A stretch of 64,000 bases of DNA from Eledone cirrhosa (Eukaryota). The position numbers and the translations under genes were made by a program. The stretch's first letter is position 1; each line of letters opens with the position of its first letter. The DNA lies in assembly GCA_964016885.1 (NCBI GenBank), contig OZ024748.1, forward strand, positions 58,032,001 to 58,096,000, in the 5' to 3' direction. Of the stretch, positions 10,239-26,283 are shown piece after piece. A model generated the notes under the pieces. The model was not told the DNA's origin, made no database searches, and saw only the letters and a list, made by a program, of their open reading frames with translations.

Positions 10239-13200
10239 TTATATATAAATATTTATGTGTGTGTGATAGAGAGAGAGAGAGATAGAGATGTGTCTGTGGG
10301 GTGATACAAGAGTGAAATTGCACGCATGAATGCGTATCGCAGTGATTGTGATAGGGCATAAAGCCCGGGTAATGGGAAATCCACATTGAAATGTAATATA
10401 TTCAACCAAAGTTCCGCAACTAATTTAATTCTTTACTGTCTGCATCACCACTAACTGTATAAGGAAATCAATAATACTAAGACTGCAAACAACATTGATC
10501 ATAATAATAATATAATTAACAACTAAAAACATTGTATTCATAATCGAAATATCATTGTTTTTCATTATCATTTTAAATTTCTTTCAGTAAATTTTGAATA
10601 ATTATATTTGAATGGAAATTAGAGACAAAATGTCCACACGAAATTGGATAGAAATTAAACATATTTAATTCATTATAATTCTAAATCGGAAAATACAAAG
10701 TATCTGACACAGAAATCGATATTATTGACTAATGTGAGGAGGAAATTTATGAAATTCTAAAATATCAGAGTATATACATTTCATTATTTGTTAATACAAT
10801 CGTTTACATTGAACTTGTATTAGAAGTTTCACTCTTTTAGAGAGCAAAAAATATTAATTTTGTCATGCTGTCGAAGTATTCGTTAGCGCAAAGGGTTTCT
10901 CCTTAAAAAATAATTTACCCCTCTCCTCTTACTTTACATTGTCAACGCATATTGGCAAAATTCCATCCATCATTCAACAGAAATGGATTTTCCGTTGGTA
11001 TATTTAAAGAAACATGGTTTCGATGAGGTTAGATACAGTTTATGAAATATAAGAATATGGTGAGAAATTTCCATGAAAAACGGAGGATTGGAAGTCATGC
11101 TGCTATATACGTTAATATCTATATGGGTGACTCTCCATTCATCCAATTTCTCCCGTGGAAAGTTGCCACATAATCCAACTGCATCGACTTAATATTCCTC
11201 ATTGTTTTTCTCCTTAAATACATCATAGTAGCTGGGTTATATTCACGTTAAATGTCGTTTATAATACATTCATTTACATCAATATCAACAAACGTTAAAC
11301 TCCTTACTAGATATTTCCCTCATAACCACATACTATTTATTTCTCACATACATTTGTAAACCTCGGGTCGCAAACGAAATATTACTCTAAGCTCACATAT
11401 ACATGCCCCAATGCAAACACACTCAGATACCATAGATTGTGCATATTTCTCTTCGCTCTCATTTGTATATGTGTAAATCATATTCCTTGCTTACCGTTCT
11501 ACTCCAATTCTGTTCTTTATAATTTATACGATGTTTTCCATAACCTCTCAGAATTTCCTATATTTTTATTTCTGTTTTATTATTAGTTATTCAACTGCTG
11601 GCTTTGTGCCAAATTTAGAAACAATTATTAGTTATGTAACTAATACAATACACTGTTGATATAGTAACCGTGTATATTATTCAATAGTTATATATCTGTT
11701 GTCTCAACGTATGCAAACTTCTCAATGTATCATTATTACTCCATGTCCTTTTTTTTACCTTCTCCTATTGACAACATGACCCTTTGATATTACAAAATAT
11801 CTGCTTCAACACACGACGAAACTTACAAATAAAATAAAAGATGTTGTAGTTATGGGTCACAACCCTTTTCAAAAGATCCACAAAAAGGATCCTGCTCTGT
11901 CTCGTCTCGAATCGATCTGAGGAAATTAATTTCTTAATAATGTTACTATTGATTAATGTGTTGATTGATAACCTTAGTAGAGACCGACACATATTACATC
12001 CCATTTTCGATATCTCTAATTTGGTCATAAATTCGCTGTCCATAAATAATTATCAATTATCTCCTATAGTGACACGAGTGAAGTCCCACTTGAAGAAGTG
12101 TGTGTATATCTGTTCTATGTCGATCTGTTATACTAATCGTCATGACTAGTAGAAACACGTATGTATTATTTTACAATAATATCTGTTATTTAAGTACTTC
12201 ATACGTTTGTCCTTTTTATGTACTTGTACTTGGTTATAATTTTAACTGACCTCAAATGAATATCAGCAATTTATCTAACCAGTGTTATATAACAAATTAA
12301 CCGTATTATCAATTAAGTTGCATTTCCATCATTAATATCTTTATTCAGCTGAATAATATTTTATTTATTTGTATTTTCTGCTATTTATGAATTTGTTTTT
12401 AGTTAATCGATCAAATAGGATTATACAGCCTTACTAGTGACAGACATTAAGCGGAACTGATTGTAGCTGTAGAAAACTATCTCTCTAGCTGTAAAGCTGT
12501 CTCTGTAAGATGGGATTTATAACAGATTTCTTTTTTCTTTGTTTTTTTTTTACACATTTTCCTTCGTTAACTATGAACGGCTGTTGAAATAATTGTTGCA
12601 ACAACGTTATTTTTTGAGCTTGACATTACGTAACAGAAACAATAAATTCGTTTCATGGGATAAATCTGTAATGTTAAAATCTAATTATCAGGCGTTGTTT
12701 TGTTCAAAACGAAATGTGACAGGAACAGATCTCGTTAGAAACGAAGTTATAAAACACTGAAAATGCAGTTTTCTATGTACAAACCGCAAAGCAACATAAA
12801 TCAATGTTTTAAATATTCATTGTTCATTTTCAAACATTCCAACGACCAATATTTCTCTAGCGGTTTAAGATATGAAGAACCGACGACGAAGACGGAGGCG
12901 ACGACGACGACAAGGATGAGTTGGAGGGGAATGAGATGATAACATTAGTAGTGATGATTCTGAGAATAACATTGATTACGTATGTGGGATTTCCTACCTT
13001 ATAATATTAAACGGTTGTAAAACGGTGTTTTTGCATGTATAGTTCATTAGACTGCTTCCAGGACAGTTATTGTCTAGAGAATGTCACTCATATATACTTG
13101 CACAGTGGGAAATGTAAGTTATTAGCATAACACATTCTACAACCACGCAACCAAGTATTCATTTAACTAAATATACGGAACACTAATCGAAATGTAAGGA

Positions 13201-14062
13201 AAACTATTTTATCAACTAGAATATGCTTTAAATGAGAGGGTTCACGACTTTGAGATAACTTCCTTGCCTATCTATTACCGATAATACATGTTTTTCTGAT
13301 GTTCCTAGTAGAGGAACCTTCTCCGAATAATTAGGATGAATGACCACACAAGAACAATCTCGGCTATGTATATTATCCAACCTTGTTGCTCGGTCTCTGC
13401 GTTGCGTCTCGTATTGATTTAACTGGCCTCTAAGTTCTTTTCAGCGATACTTTCATGCAATTTCTAACGAAGTGCCCATTGCGGCGATGGGGAGATATAA
13501 CACTCCTTTCGGGAGTAACACCCTGATCTCCAATCTACGCATACTGCAGAGTACGTTATTTCAGAGACCCTTCGTAGGGAACCTATTTCGTCAGCTTGTA
13601 ATGAAGATCATGCTCATATGTAAGGATAGACGTGTTCACTGAATTTAAAAAAGTGAGTTTAGTTTAACATTTAACTCCATTCGTCTGATGACTGAGATTT
13701 GAAGCTCGCACATTATTGCACCAGCTCCAGCAATTCCTGGATTTAAATCAGTCTTCTGCATTCCAGCACCCAGTAATGTTGCGCTGGGATATCTGAGCTT
13801 CTTTGCTTCCATCATTCTAACACCAACCATGTTTTTTCATATATAACCTATCCTGAACATTTCCAGAAATATATTCTCGAAGGGTTTTCTTCTCTTTCTC
13901 TTTCGACCCCTCCACTCCCCACATCATATCACGCAGAATCCACTAAGGCCAGTGCTTTACAAAATAAAGTCTTTATACTGGAATAATTTCTGTGCACATG
14001 ATTTCTCGCAAGTATTTCCTTTAATTAACTAACGGGTACTTGAAAGACAACAACCAAGTCTC

Positions 14063-14244
14063 AATAATTGTTTCTATTTTTGGAACAAGGCCAGCAATTA
14101 GCCAGTACATTACTAGTATTTTATTTTATCGATCCCTATAAGGATAAAAGTCAAAGTTAACCTCGAGGGATTTGAACTCAGACCATAAAGGGACGTAACT
14201 ATGCTAGAAGGCATGGCGTCCAACCCTCTACCGATACTGCCAAT
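14063..14244 (-). mobile_element. SINE copy
   Basis: Reverse complement of head-core-tail. Confidence 0.85.
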
Positions 14245-16245
14245 GACCAGCCATGGCACATGTCTGTCCTTATCATGAAACTCTAAAAACAACGGAAGCC
14301 TGGTAATTAATCTAGTGATCTTCAGGTAAGGAAAATGTAAGAAAACAGGAGTATAGTAACGACCATTGAAAGGAAATACAATCTGAATTTTCTTTTTTTT
14401 CCGATGATTAGAATAGATTAAATAATTAATAAGATACATATGATGTCCAAGTTAGATTGTTCAACTCCATTAAAATTGACACTATTCAATTGTTGTGTTG
14501 TTACATTATTTGATCAAATCTATGCATGATCATTTGAAAACTGAAAATCAGTAGCCTAACAGAATTACATTTTGTAAGTTTTTCCATTTTATGATTTTCA
14601 CTTCCTATATTTACATGTCCTTAGGTTCACAGATTTGCAAATAAAAACAAATATATATATATGTGGGTGTGTGTGTGTTGTCACGTTTAACAAAATTATA
14701 ACTCCCGTTTGTCAACTTCTCGAAACGACAGTAAGAGCTACAGGCATATCTGAATATTGTAGTTATAAATTATTTGCAATATTTAATGGCCGTGCAAATA
14801 TTTATTTTATTTAAAAAAAAGAAACATGTTCTTTTTCATAAATATTTAAATATAATATATTAAAATTATTTTTTAAAATAAAACATTTGAAAAAAATATC
14901 TACATATTTTACAGATTTGAAACAGAAGTTAAGAAACAAAATCGTAAAGTCTTATCTGATGTTTAAACATTACATATAATACACTTGAAACTTCCATAAA
15001 GCGATTTAGAGTTACTGTAACCATGAGCAAAATAAACATATCTCAAATATCATTGTATATAGAATGTATTTTGCTCGACTCTAATTCATATAAATAATAC
15101 ATCTATATGCAATATATTTCTATAGCAAATATGAGTATTTTTATTTAATATAATTATTTGGACAGCTACAAAAAATAAAGTCACTCTTTAAGCTATAAAC
15201 GATGTACTGAAATCTGTTTAAATTTAAATTACTAGTTTTCTAACCAAATGTTATTGTATTCTCAATTTGTATAGCCTGTAGTAAAACAACATGCTGGAGT
15301 AGATAGATTTATGTGTGTGTATGTGTATGTGTGGAAAGATATCACATCCTCTTATATCACACACAAAAGATAGGGTGAATGGCGAGTTAAAATAGATTTG
15401 CCAATGTCTAAGTAAGTAAAGCAAGCAGGATGGAACGGAATCTTTAAATTACATCATTCAATTAACAGAAGAGAAACAAGAACATATATCGTTACGTCAG
15501 ACATTCTATCTAAGAAGTGAATCATAGGAACTGTCTTAAATTGAACCCGGTAAAGAGATGCAGTAAGAAAGAGTCATGAAGGAACGCTAATCCAAAGCAA
15601 AGATATGTGGTATCATGAAACATGACCGATCTCTTTATGTTTATGTTCAATAATACAGCGCCAAATTGAACGATGTCTATCTGGTTTCCCATGTCAATAA
15701 AAAATTCACTTCTCAGTGATGGCGTTGCTTTAATCAAGTGAACCCTTTTTGGTTGCAAATAAACAATTCAATACATGACACGTTGAGTGTTGGATTAAAT
15801 TGTCCCTGCAGGACCATTCATTAAAGTAAAAGAAGAGGGCGCTTATTGGTAAATAAGAGGGGAAAATGCCGATTAAAGAACGAAGCGGCCACAATATAAA
15901 TGTTGAAAATGGTTGATATAAAATCAAATCTGATGGGGTCCTATTTGCGCCGTAGATGTACACGACGTGTTTTGTACCTGAATTAAAAAGCATCTCTAGT
16001 TAGAGGTACTGCGTTCGGTGTGATCAACTTTACATTAAAGTCGCTAAAATCAGTAAAGAAAGTAAGAATATAAAAACAGAAATATATTTGAAAGTTGATT
16101 GTGGTCTCATATAATATTTAGTATTTATGTCCGCATATGAATGCTTTCAATGTAGCGAAAGTAAATGGGCTCGGACCCGTTATATGTTTATGCTGGATAT
16201 GAGAAATTACACCACCTTATCTATTTCTACCTCATATTAAATAAT

Positions 16246-16428
16246 TGTTTCTACTTTTGGCACAAGGCCAACATTTACCCAGTGCATTACTGGTACCTTA
16301 TTTTATCGACCCCGTAAGGTTGAAGGGCAAAGTCAACCTCGGCGGGATTTGAACTTAGATCGTAAAGGGACGTAACTATGCTGGAAAGCATGGCGTCCGA
16401 CCCTCTACCGATACTGCCAATTCACCGC
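16246..16428 (-). mobile_element. Full-length SINE with ~14-16-bp TSD
   Basis: CCTCATATTAAATAAT at 16230-16245 and 16429-16444 flanks the element. Confidence 0.9.
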
Positions 16429-16643
16429 CCTCATATTAAATAATAATATCTCTTCTCACATGTTTTAATGTATTTTTAGAAATAAAGGACATTAAACGCA
16501 ACGCCTTGGCTATCTAATGTTGGAAATATATTGTACGTGTTTGTGATGGGAGGAAATGTTTTAAGATATAGTGCAGGAAATTGGCTAAATTATAGTTTTA
16601 AAACATTTCCAGCCAACCCATTGTTTAAATATTTTTTTTCTTA

Positions 16644-18587
16644 TTGGCATTGAAAAGACCACACTTCAACCTGAAAGATCATAAATCTAACTTTAACTCT
16701 AATCCTTCTATAAGGCTTATATGCCCTTCCAAATCTGATATTGGAATAATTAGTAAAAAAAATTTAGATAGAGTCATCCCACAACTAAGAAAACATGTTA
16801 ATTTACCACTGTGGGAAAACACATCCCAGGTAATTAACTGGTTTAATAATATTAGAAATAAATCCTCCGCTTCATTTCTACAATTTGATATAGATAATTA
16901 TTCTTCTTCTATATCACCTAAGCTCCTGAACAAAGCCTTGATATTTGCTAAAAATAGATCTAACTTAACTGTGGATGACATTAATATTATTACACATGCT
17001 AGACTAACAATATTGGAATTTCAGAATGAATGCTGGACCAGAAACACATATAGTAATCTATTCGATATTACTATGGGCTCAAGCGATTCTGCCCAAATTA
17101 CTGATCTTGTGGACCTCTTTCTTCTTTTTAACATAAATGCTTCTTTTCCCCACCTTAAAGGTGGTTTATATCGTGACGACTGTCTTCTTCTTTCCAATAA
17201 ACTTAGCCTCTCAGAGATAGAAAAAAATAAAAAGCTTATTAGAACTTTCCTCAAAGACTATTATAGTCTAGATATTACATTTGAAAACACAAGTAAAGTA
17301 GTTAATTTCCTAGATATAACATTAGACTTATCTAAGGGTATCTACCAACCTTACCATAAACCCAACCAAAATTTACACTACATACACTCACAATCTAATC
17401 ACCCTAAATCTATCCTTAAAAACCTTGCATATAATATATCACTTAGAATTTGTAACCTTTCGTCTAACCAAGATGTATTTGATAAAAATGCGACCTTTTA
17501 TAACGAAGCTCTAGCTAGAAGTGGCCACAAAAATAGATTTGTATATATACCTTCTACCAATAACACTACAAACATACAGCCTAATATTACCAACAAACAC
17601 CAAATGAAACATACACACCTAAATGCCACTCACACTATACCCCAAAACACCAACATAAAACAAAATTTCTCTAACTCTTCTAATATACAGTATAGTAACT
17701 CTCAAAAAACTACTCATCCTACAACTCTAATAAATGTTAATAATAAAACTCCTAATAAACAAGCTAAAACACCTAAATCAATAAATCTAACTAAAAATGT
17801 GTGTGGTAAGGTCATTAACAATAATTCTCTTAATAAACATCAGGATGCATCCTATAAAAATAATAAACAACATCGAAACCGTAATAGACGAGTTACTTGG
17901 TACAATGCTCCATTTAATTTACAAATTAAGGATAATATACCTAAAAAATTCTTTAATATCCTAGAGAAAAACTTCCCACCAAACCACAAATACCATCAAA
18001 TCTTAAATAGATCAACGGTTAAATTCTCCTACTCAACAACCAAAAACATAAAACAAAATATAAGTGCCTATAATGCATATAAATGTAAAAAAAAAATGAG
18101 TATACCACCAGTACATCAAACTAACCATAATATCTCCTCAGATACAGGATTCACGAAAAGTTGTAACTGTAGAAACAAGGCAAACTGTCCATTAAAAGGA
18201 AATTGCCTTGTTAATAACATAGTATATAAATGTAAAGTTAACACTAAGGACTCAATTTATTCATATATCGGAGCTACCTCTAACAAGTTTAAGGTAAGAT
18301 TTAATACCCACAAACATAGCTTTAAAAATGCCGCACTAGCTAATACAACATCTCTAGCTGAAATAATAAATAGTTATAGAAAGAGGAATATAGAATATGA
18401 CCTGACCTGGAGTGTGCTCAAAAGGGCCACCCCTTATCAAAATAGTAGAAATGAATGTAGATTATGTTCCCAAGAACTTTTTGAAATAATGAAATCTAAG
18501 GATATCCTATTAAATAAGCGACAGGAATTAATAATATCGTGTAATCATAAACTGAGAAAAACCTTTAAATATTATAAACCTAATTAA
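16644..18587 (+). CDS. 5'-truncated PLE (Hydra-clade-like) reverse transcriptase + C-terminal GIY-YIG endonuclease
   Basis: RT motifs LKDHK, RLICP, FDIDNY (A), TMGS (B), GLYRDD (C), NFLDITLDL, PYHKPN, SNHP, WYNAPF. Linker CNCRNKANCPLKGNCL. Endonuclease IVYKC..YIGAT..FKVRFNTHKHSF, CRLC, LLNKRQE, CNH. The TTG start is arbitrary and the N-terminal domain is missing. Confidence 0.9.
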   Translation: MALKRPHFNLKDHKSNFNSNPSIRLICPSKSDIGIISKKNLDRVIPQLRKHVNLPLWENTSQVINWFNNIRNKSSASFLQFDIDNYSSSISPKLLNKALIFAKNRSNLTVDDINIITHARLTILEFQNECWTRNTYSNLFDITMGSSDSAQITDLVDLFLLFNINASFPHLKGGLYRDDCLLLSNKLSLSEIEKNKKLIRTFLKDYYSLDITFENTSKVVNFLDITLDLSKGIYQPYHKPNQNLHYIHSQSNHPKSILKNLAYNISLRICNLSSNQDVFDKNATFYNEALARSGHKNRFVYIPSTNNTTNIQPNITNKHQMKHTHLNATHTIPQNTNIKQNFSNSSNIQYSNSQKTTHPTTLINVNNKTPNKQAKTPKSINLTKNVCGKVINNNSLNKHQDASYKNNKQHRNRNRRVTWYNAPFNLQIKDNIPKKFFNILEKNFPPNHKYHQILNRSTVKFSYSTTKNIKQNISAYNAYKCKKKMSIPPVHQTNHNISSDTGFTKSCNCRNKANCPLKGNCLVNNIVYKCKVNTKDSIYSYIGATSNKFKVRFNTHKHSFKNAALANTTSLAEIINSYRKRNIEYDLTWSVLKRATPYQNSRNECRLCSQELFEIMKSKDILLNKRQELIISCNHKLRKTFKYYKPN

Positions 18588-18939
18588 TATACACTTTAGA
18601 AATTAATTTATAAATTATTTTTAATTTAGTTAACCTATAATTAATATTCTACTACTGATGAACTACATACTTCTGCTTTAAAAATTATAAACCTAATTAA
18701 TATACACTTTTGAATTTAATATATAAACTATTTTTAATTCAGTTAACCTATAATTAATATTCTACTACTGATGAACTACATAATTTTGCTTTCCTTCTTA
18801 CAAATATCATTTCCTAAAACTGATACCATTAAGTAAACATATATAATGCTTTAACTTCAGGTTATGACTCTATGTTCCTTGAAAACTATATATATTTACT
18901 ATTTCTCACTAATAAATTTAATCCCCCCCCCCCAATAAT

Positions 18940-19009
18940 TATATGTATACATAAGTGTATATGTGTGTGTATATGTATGTGTATGTATGCATATATGCAT
19001 GTATATATC

Positions 19010-19062
<53 letters not shown>

Positions 19063-19243
19063 ATATGTGTATATATATGTATATGTATATATATATATGT
19101 GTGTATGTGTGTGTGTGTATGTGTATATATATGTATGTGTGTGTATATATATATATATATATAAGTGTATATATATATGTGTATGTGTATATGTATGTAT
19201 ATATATGTATATGTATGAGTATATATATATATATATATATATA
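18940..19243. repeat. Compound (TA)/(TG) microsatellite within the PLE 3' UTR
   Basis: Direct reading. Confidence 0.95.
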
Positions 19244-19879
19244 TTATTTTTATATTCTTTTAATTTCCCCTCATCTTTAACAGCACTTTTCAACTGCATC
19301 TAACGCTTATTTATCATATCTATATGTATTAGTATACTTTTATCAATATAAATATACCCATCAATTAAATTAATTCATATTCTTTTCATAGATGTATTTT
19401 TTTCACTAACATTCTCATCTTAAAACTTTAGTCACCTTAGATATTTGTATTGGCATTACTATTTTATAACAGCAACTGCTTGTATACCTTTTACTGACCA
19501 CCTGACCTATTTTCACCCCTAAAATAAGATTCAATTACTACTATTTTACCATTTGGCCAATTATTAACTTTCTATTGGTTAATTCTAAACCTCTTACCAA
19601 ACAGACAGAATATATTAGATCTTTGTTGGTTTTATTCAATGAAAAGATAAATTTATTCCTGAGGTCAGCATAAGACCTATTTCTTCCCTAAAATAATCCT
19701 TCATTCATAATATTCTTTTCCATCCAAAACTGAAATCTACCTTCCTCTACCCATAATTTAAGGTTCTTCTACTACTATATTACTATCCTCACCCTCACTA
19801 TCTCTCTATTGGTAAATTCAAAACCTGTTCCCAAACAGACCTATTGTATTGAATCTTTGTTTTTTTCAATAAACAAATA

Positions 19880-20021
19880 TCATTATTTCTGAAGACAGCA
19901 TATATATGTGTAGGTATGTATATTCCCTCTGATAGTTTGTATAAATATTGTACATAGATCTACAGAATATGCATACCAACTCTAACACATATATATCCTA
20001 GAAGCGATCGTAAAATGATGA
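19880..20021 (+). ncRNA. Hammerhead ribozyme with ~105-nt stem II (GAAA altered to GAAG)
   Basis: Stem I TCATTATTT/AAATGATGA; CTGAAGA; stem II ATATATATGTG..GGTATGTATATTC / GAATATGCATACC..CACATATATAT; GAAG CGATCG TA. Confidence 0.65.
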
Positions 20022-20207
20022 ATTTTATTAATATAAGGAACTGTTTCTTAGTTTATTCCTTATTTTATTAATCTATCTTGACTCTGTTTTCCGTTTATTT
20101 TTCACCGAAAGTAGTTTTTGAATGCATCTTCTCTTTTCATGATATCCGGATTACATTGGGTTCTTCATACGGATTGGATACTACCGTAAACTTTTGGTAG
20201 ATTTATC

Positions 20208-21943
<1,736 letters not shown>

Positions 21944-22143
21944 NNNNNNNNNNNNNNNNNNNNNNNNNNNNNNNNNNNNNNNNNNNNNNNNNNNNNNNNN
22001 NNNNNNNNNNNNNNNNNNNNNNNNNNNNNNNNNNNNNNNNNNNNNNNNNNNNNNNNNNNNNNNNNNNNNNNNNNNNNNNNNNNNNNNNNNNNNNNNNNNN
22101 NNNNNNNNNNNNNNNNNNNNNNNNNNNNNNNNNNNNNNNNNNN
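21944..22143. other. Assembly gap (200 N)
   Basis: Run of n. Confidence 1.
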
Positions 22144-22399
22144 TAATAAATTAAGGATGAAATTGAGATTAAAAAGATTTATGATAGAGGGAAAAAAAAA
22201 TAATAATGATTGCGGATGAATATTCAAAATGTCAAAAACAAATGTTATTGTTTTACGAGAAGATAAGATGAGGTAAATGAGTAAACGAGTACTATAGAGT
22301 GTATAATGCCCTTTAAAGTAAGGTAGATGGGTATATTTTAAAGAGGTGTATGTATATGTGCCTTTGAGAAAAGATTCTAAATTGATAAAGAATTGAATA

Positions 22400-23775
22400 T
22401 TAACTGTATACTTTGTGAAAAGTTCTATGGAATTTATGCAGGCAGATGGAAAACAAATCCGAGCGTCTATTTATTATGGATTCTAGGTTAGAGATAATGG
22501 TAAATTTTTCATTTAGGCAGAGATTACAGATTTTAGATAGAGAACTGTTTCAAGTACGAGGATGCAGAAGAAATCTTTTTCCAAAAGATGTTATATTTAA
22601 TGTTTTTGTCTTTTAAGGACCATATGAGTTCTGAGAGAGCAGTGTTAGTTCTTTTAAGTTTGTATTTGAAAGATGAATGATGATTATAGAGACGAGCTTT
22701 AAAAGAGGTGGAAGTGGAGCCAAAATAGGTGAAGGAGTTGGTGCTAGTTATAATTTTACATTCATAAATTAAGTTTTTATCGAGGCAATGGTTGTTGAGA
22801 GGACATTTATTTTTAATGCGGCAGTTGCAATTAGAGAGATTATTAATGAGTGATCTAGTGTTATCTATAGAAGGAATTGGATTGGAGAAGTTGTTTGCGA
22901 TAGGAATAATAGGAATAATAGTTTCTTGATTTAGAGTTGGATTATGAACATTTAGCGAAGTTGTGTTTGACGTTGCATTTGGGTTTACAGAAGTTAGCCT
23001 AGGGTTTACAATGACGTCAGGAGTACTATTATTGTTATTATGAGATCAATATTGGAAGGAAGAGATTTAGTATTTAATATTTTGTTGTTGTGTTTAGAAA
23101 TGATGTTGGAAATATTGGAGGATGTAGAATACGAAAATTTAATGGTGTGTTTGTTAAATATTTTACTATAGATATGTGAGGGAGGGAAGCATTTATTTAA
23201 GGCACTAAAGAATAATTTAGGAATATTGTTATTAATAGAGATGGAGAAAGGAGCATTATACCAGATTATGTTTTTGTATCTAGGTCTTTTATTAAAATTA
23301 TTGGAATGGTTATGATTAAATATTCTACTGTAAGTTTTCCTAGAATTTGTTTCTTTATTATATTTGATTTTATCTGGATAGCCGGCTTTAGAAAGTGCGT
23401 TATTATAGTAATTTGGCGTTAGCATCAAAGATGTTTTTATTAGAAGATATGTTAGATATTCTATTTCCAATATTATTAACTATAGCATTCTTGATATTGG
23501 TAGGATGGTTAGATTTAAAGTTAACATAATTAAGATTCTCATTGTTTTTATGGTAAGGGTAATATAGGCCAGTGTCAAGATTAAGAGATACATCCAAGAA
23601 ATTAGCTAGTTTGGTACTATTATCAAATTCTATTTTTAGGTTATGTTGGTTAAAGAGATTACGTATATTGTTCTTAATAATATTAAGTTTAACTATATTG
23701 CAATTTAGGATAGTAAAGAGTCCATCGTCACGATAAATTCCACCGCGAAGTTGAGGAATTTTCCGACTCAAAGAG
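22400..23775 (-). pseudogene. Frameshifted, 5'-truncated Hydra-type PLE RT/GIY-YIG ORF (family B, copy 2)
   Basis: GGIYRDDGL, NFLDVSL, PYHKNN, SNHP (23403-23786 frame); WYNAPF (23006-23470 frame); CNCRIKNKCPLNNHCL..LIYEC..YFGST..FKARLYNHHSSF (~22830-22670); stop at 22400-22402. Confidence 0.9.
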
Positions 23776-24826
23776 TTCATCCGCAATCATTATTATTTTT
23801 TTTCCCTCTATCATAAATCTTTTTAATCTCAATTTCATCCTTAATTTATTATTATATATTTTTTTAATATATACTCATATATTCTTTAAAATATACCCAT
23901 CTACCTTACTTTAAAGGGCATTATACACTCTATAATACCCGTTTACTCATCACCCTCATTATATCTCCTCGTAAAACAATAACATTTGTTTTTGACATTT
24001 TGAGTATTCATCCGCAATCATTATTATTTTTTCTCTCTATCATAAATCTTTTTAATCTCAATTTCATCCTTAATTTATTATTATTTTTTTCTCCCCATCA
24101 ACGAACTCATTATTAATACATATGAATTCAATATAAAAACTCTAACTTCACATTATTTTTCTCAAATCCTATACATAAACTTTTTCTCTTTGCTAATTTT
24201 AAAATTCCTACATTTCTCCTTTTGAATATTCACCCACAATTATTATTTTTTTCTCTCTATCTCCATACATAATCTCCCTTCGTTATTTTTTTCTCTCTAT
24301 CTCCATACATAATTTCCCTTCGTTAATTTTCAAATTCCTTTAATTTATACATTATCTTCCAACGGTTCCCAACCTCTCTATATTAAAACATTATATCTTT
24401 TTCTCAGTTATAAAAACTATCTCTTTCTCTCTATCACCCATCTCTCCCTTTCCACCTTCACTCTCATCTCCTCCCCTTTTTTTCATCCTTTCCACCCCCA
24501 CCCCTCCCTAAATATAATATATTTTTTCCTCGCACATATCCTCCCTTCGTTAATTTTCAAAATTTTTAATTTATACAGTATCTTCCAACGGTTTTCAACC
24601 CCTCTATATAAAATATATCTCCTCTCTGTTATAAAAACTATCTCTTTCTCTCTATCACCCATCTCTCCCTCTCATCTCCTTCCCTTTTCATCCTTTTCTC
24701 TCCCCCCCTCTCTAAATAAAATATTTTTCCCAATATCACACATCAATCTAAAACCACTTTTCATATGTTGATTTAAAACTGCACTATCAACAAGTGTTTT
24801 TTTAGCCTTCATATCATGTTCTCCTG

Positions 24827-24893
24827 TTTTATCTGATGAAAACACAAATATTATTGTTTGATGATGTTTGTTTTTGAAATGCGCATAATAAAA
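24827..24893 (+). ncRNA. Type I hammerhead ribozyme (family B), intact core
   Basis: TTTTAT CTGATGA aaacacaaatatta..tgatgtttgttttt GAAA TGCGCA TA ATAAAA. Palindromic stem III; predicted cleavage after AUA. Confidence 0.8.
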
Positions 24894-25016
24894 TATATTG
24901 AACTCCTTTAACCATCTTTTGATCTTATATTATGCATACTCCAGTCCCACAAACTGTAGAGTGCTTCTTATCCGATATCTGCATTGCTTTATTGTACTAC
25001 AATAAAACTCACCCCC

Positions 25017-26283
<1,267 letters not shown>

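Larger units (their letters stand above)
22144..25020 (-). mobile_element. PLE copy 2 with inverted 3' UTR/pseudo-LTR (23775-25020 on +)
   Basis: 23775 onward is the reverse complement of the UTR seen at 22144-22345 and 26284-27480. It ends CTCACCCCCTACA|TATA. The minus-strand 3' end is lost in the gap. Confidence 0.85.

Noticed and set aside
13270-13870. Higher-complexity stretch with a 61-aa ORF
   Set aside because: No recognisable domain or splice structure.
15522-16000. Possible exon or piggyBac transposase relic
   Set aside because: Only faint motif resemblance with several stops; needs BLASTx.
16644-18587. Naiad-type selenoprotein PLE or telomerase
   Set aside because: The endonuclease is C-terminal, there are no in-frame TGA codons, and no TERT-specific domains are seen.
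18655-18790. CTGATGA boxes in the duplicated UTR segment
   Set aside because: No stem II or GAAA follows; not hammerheads.
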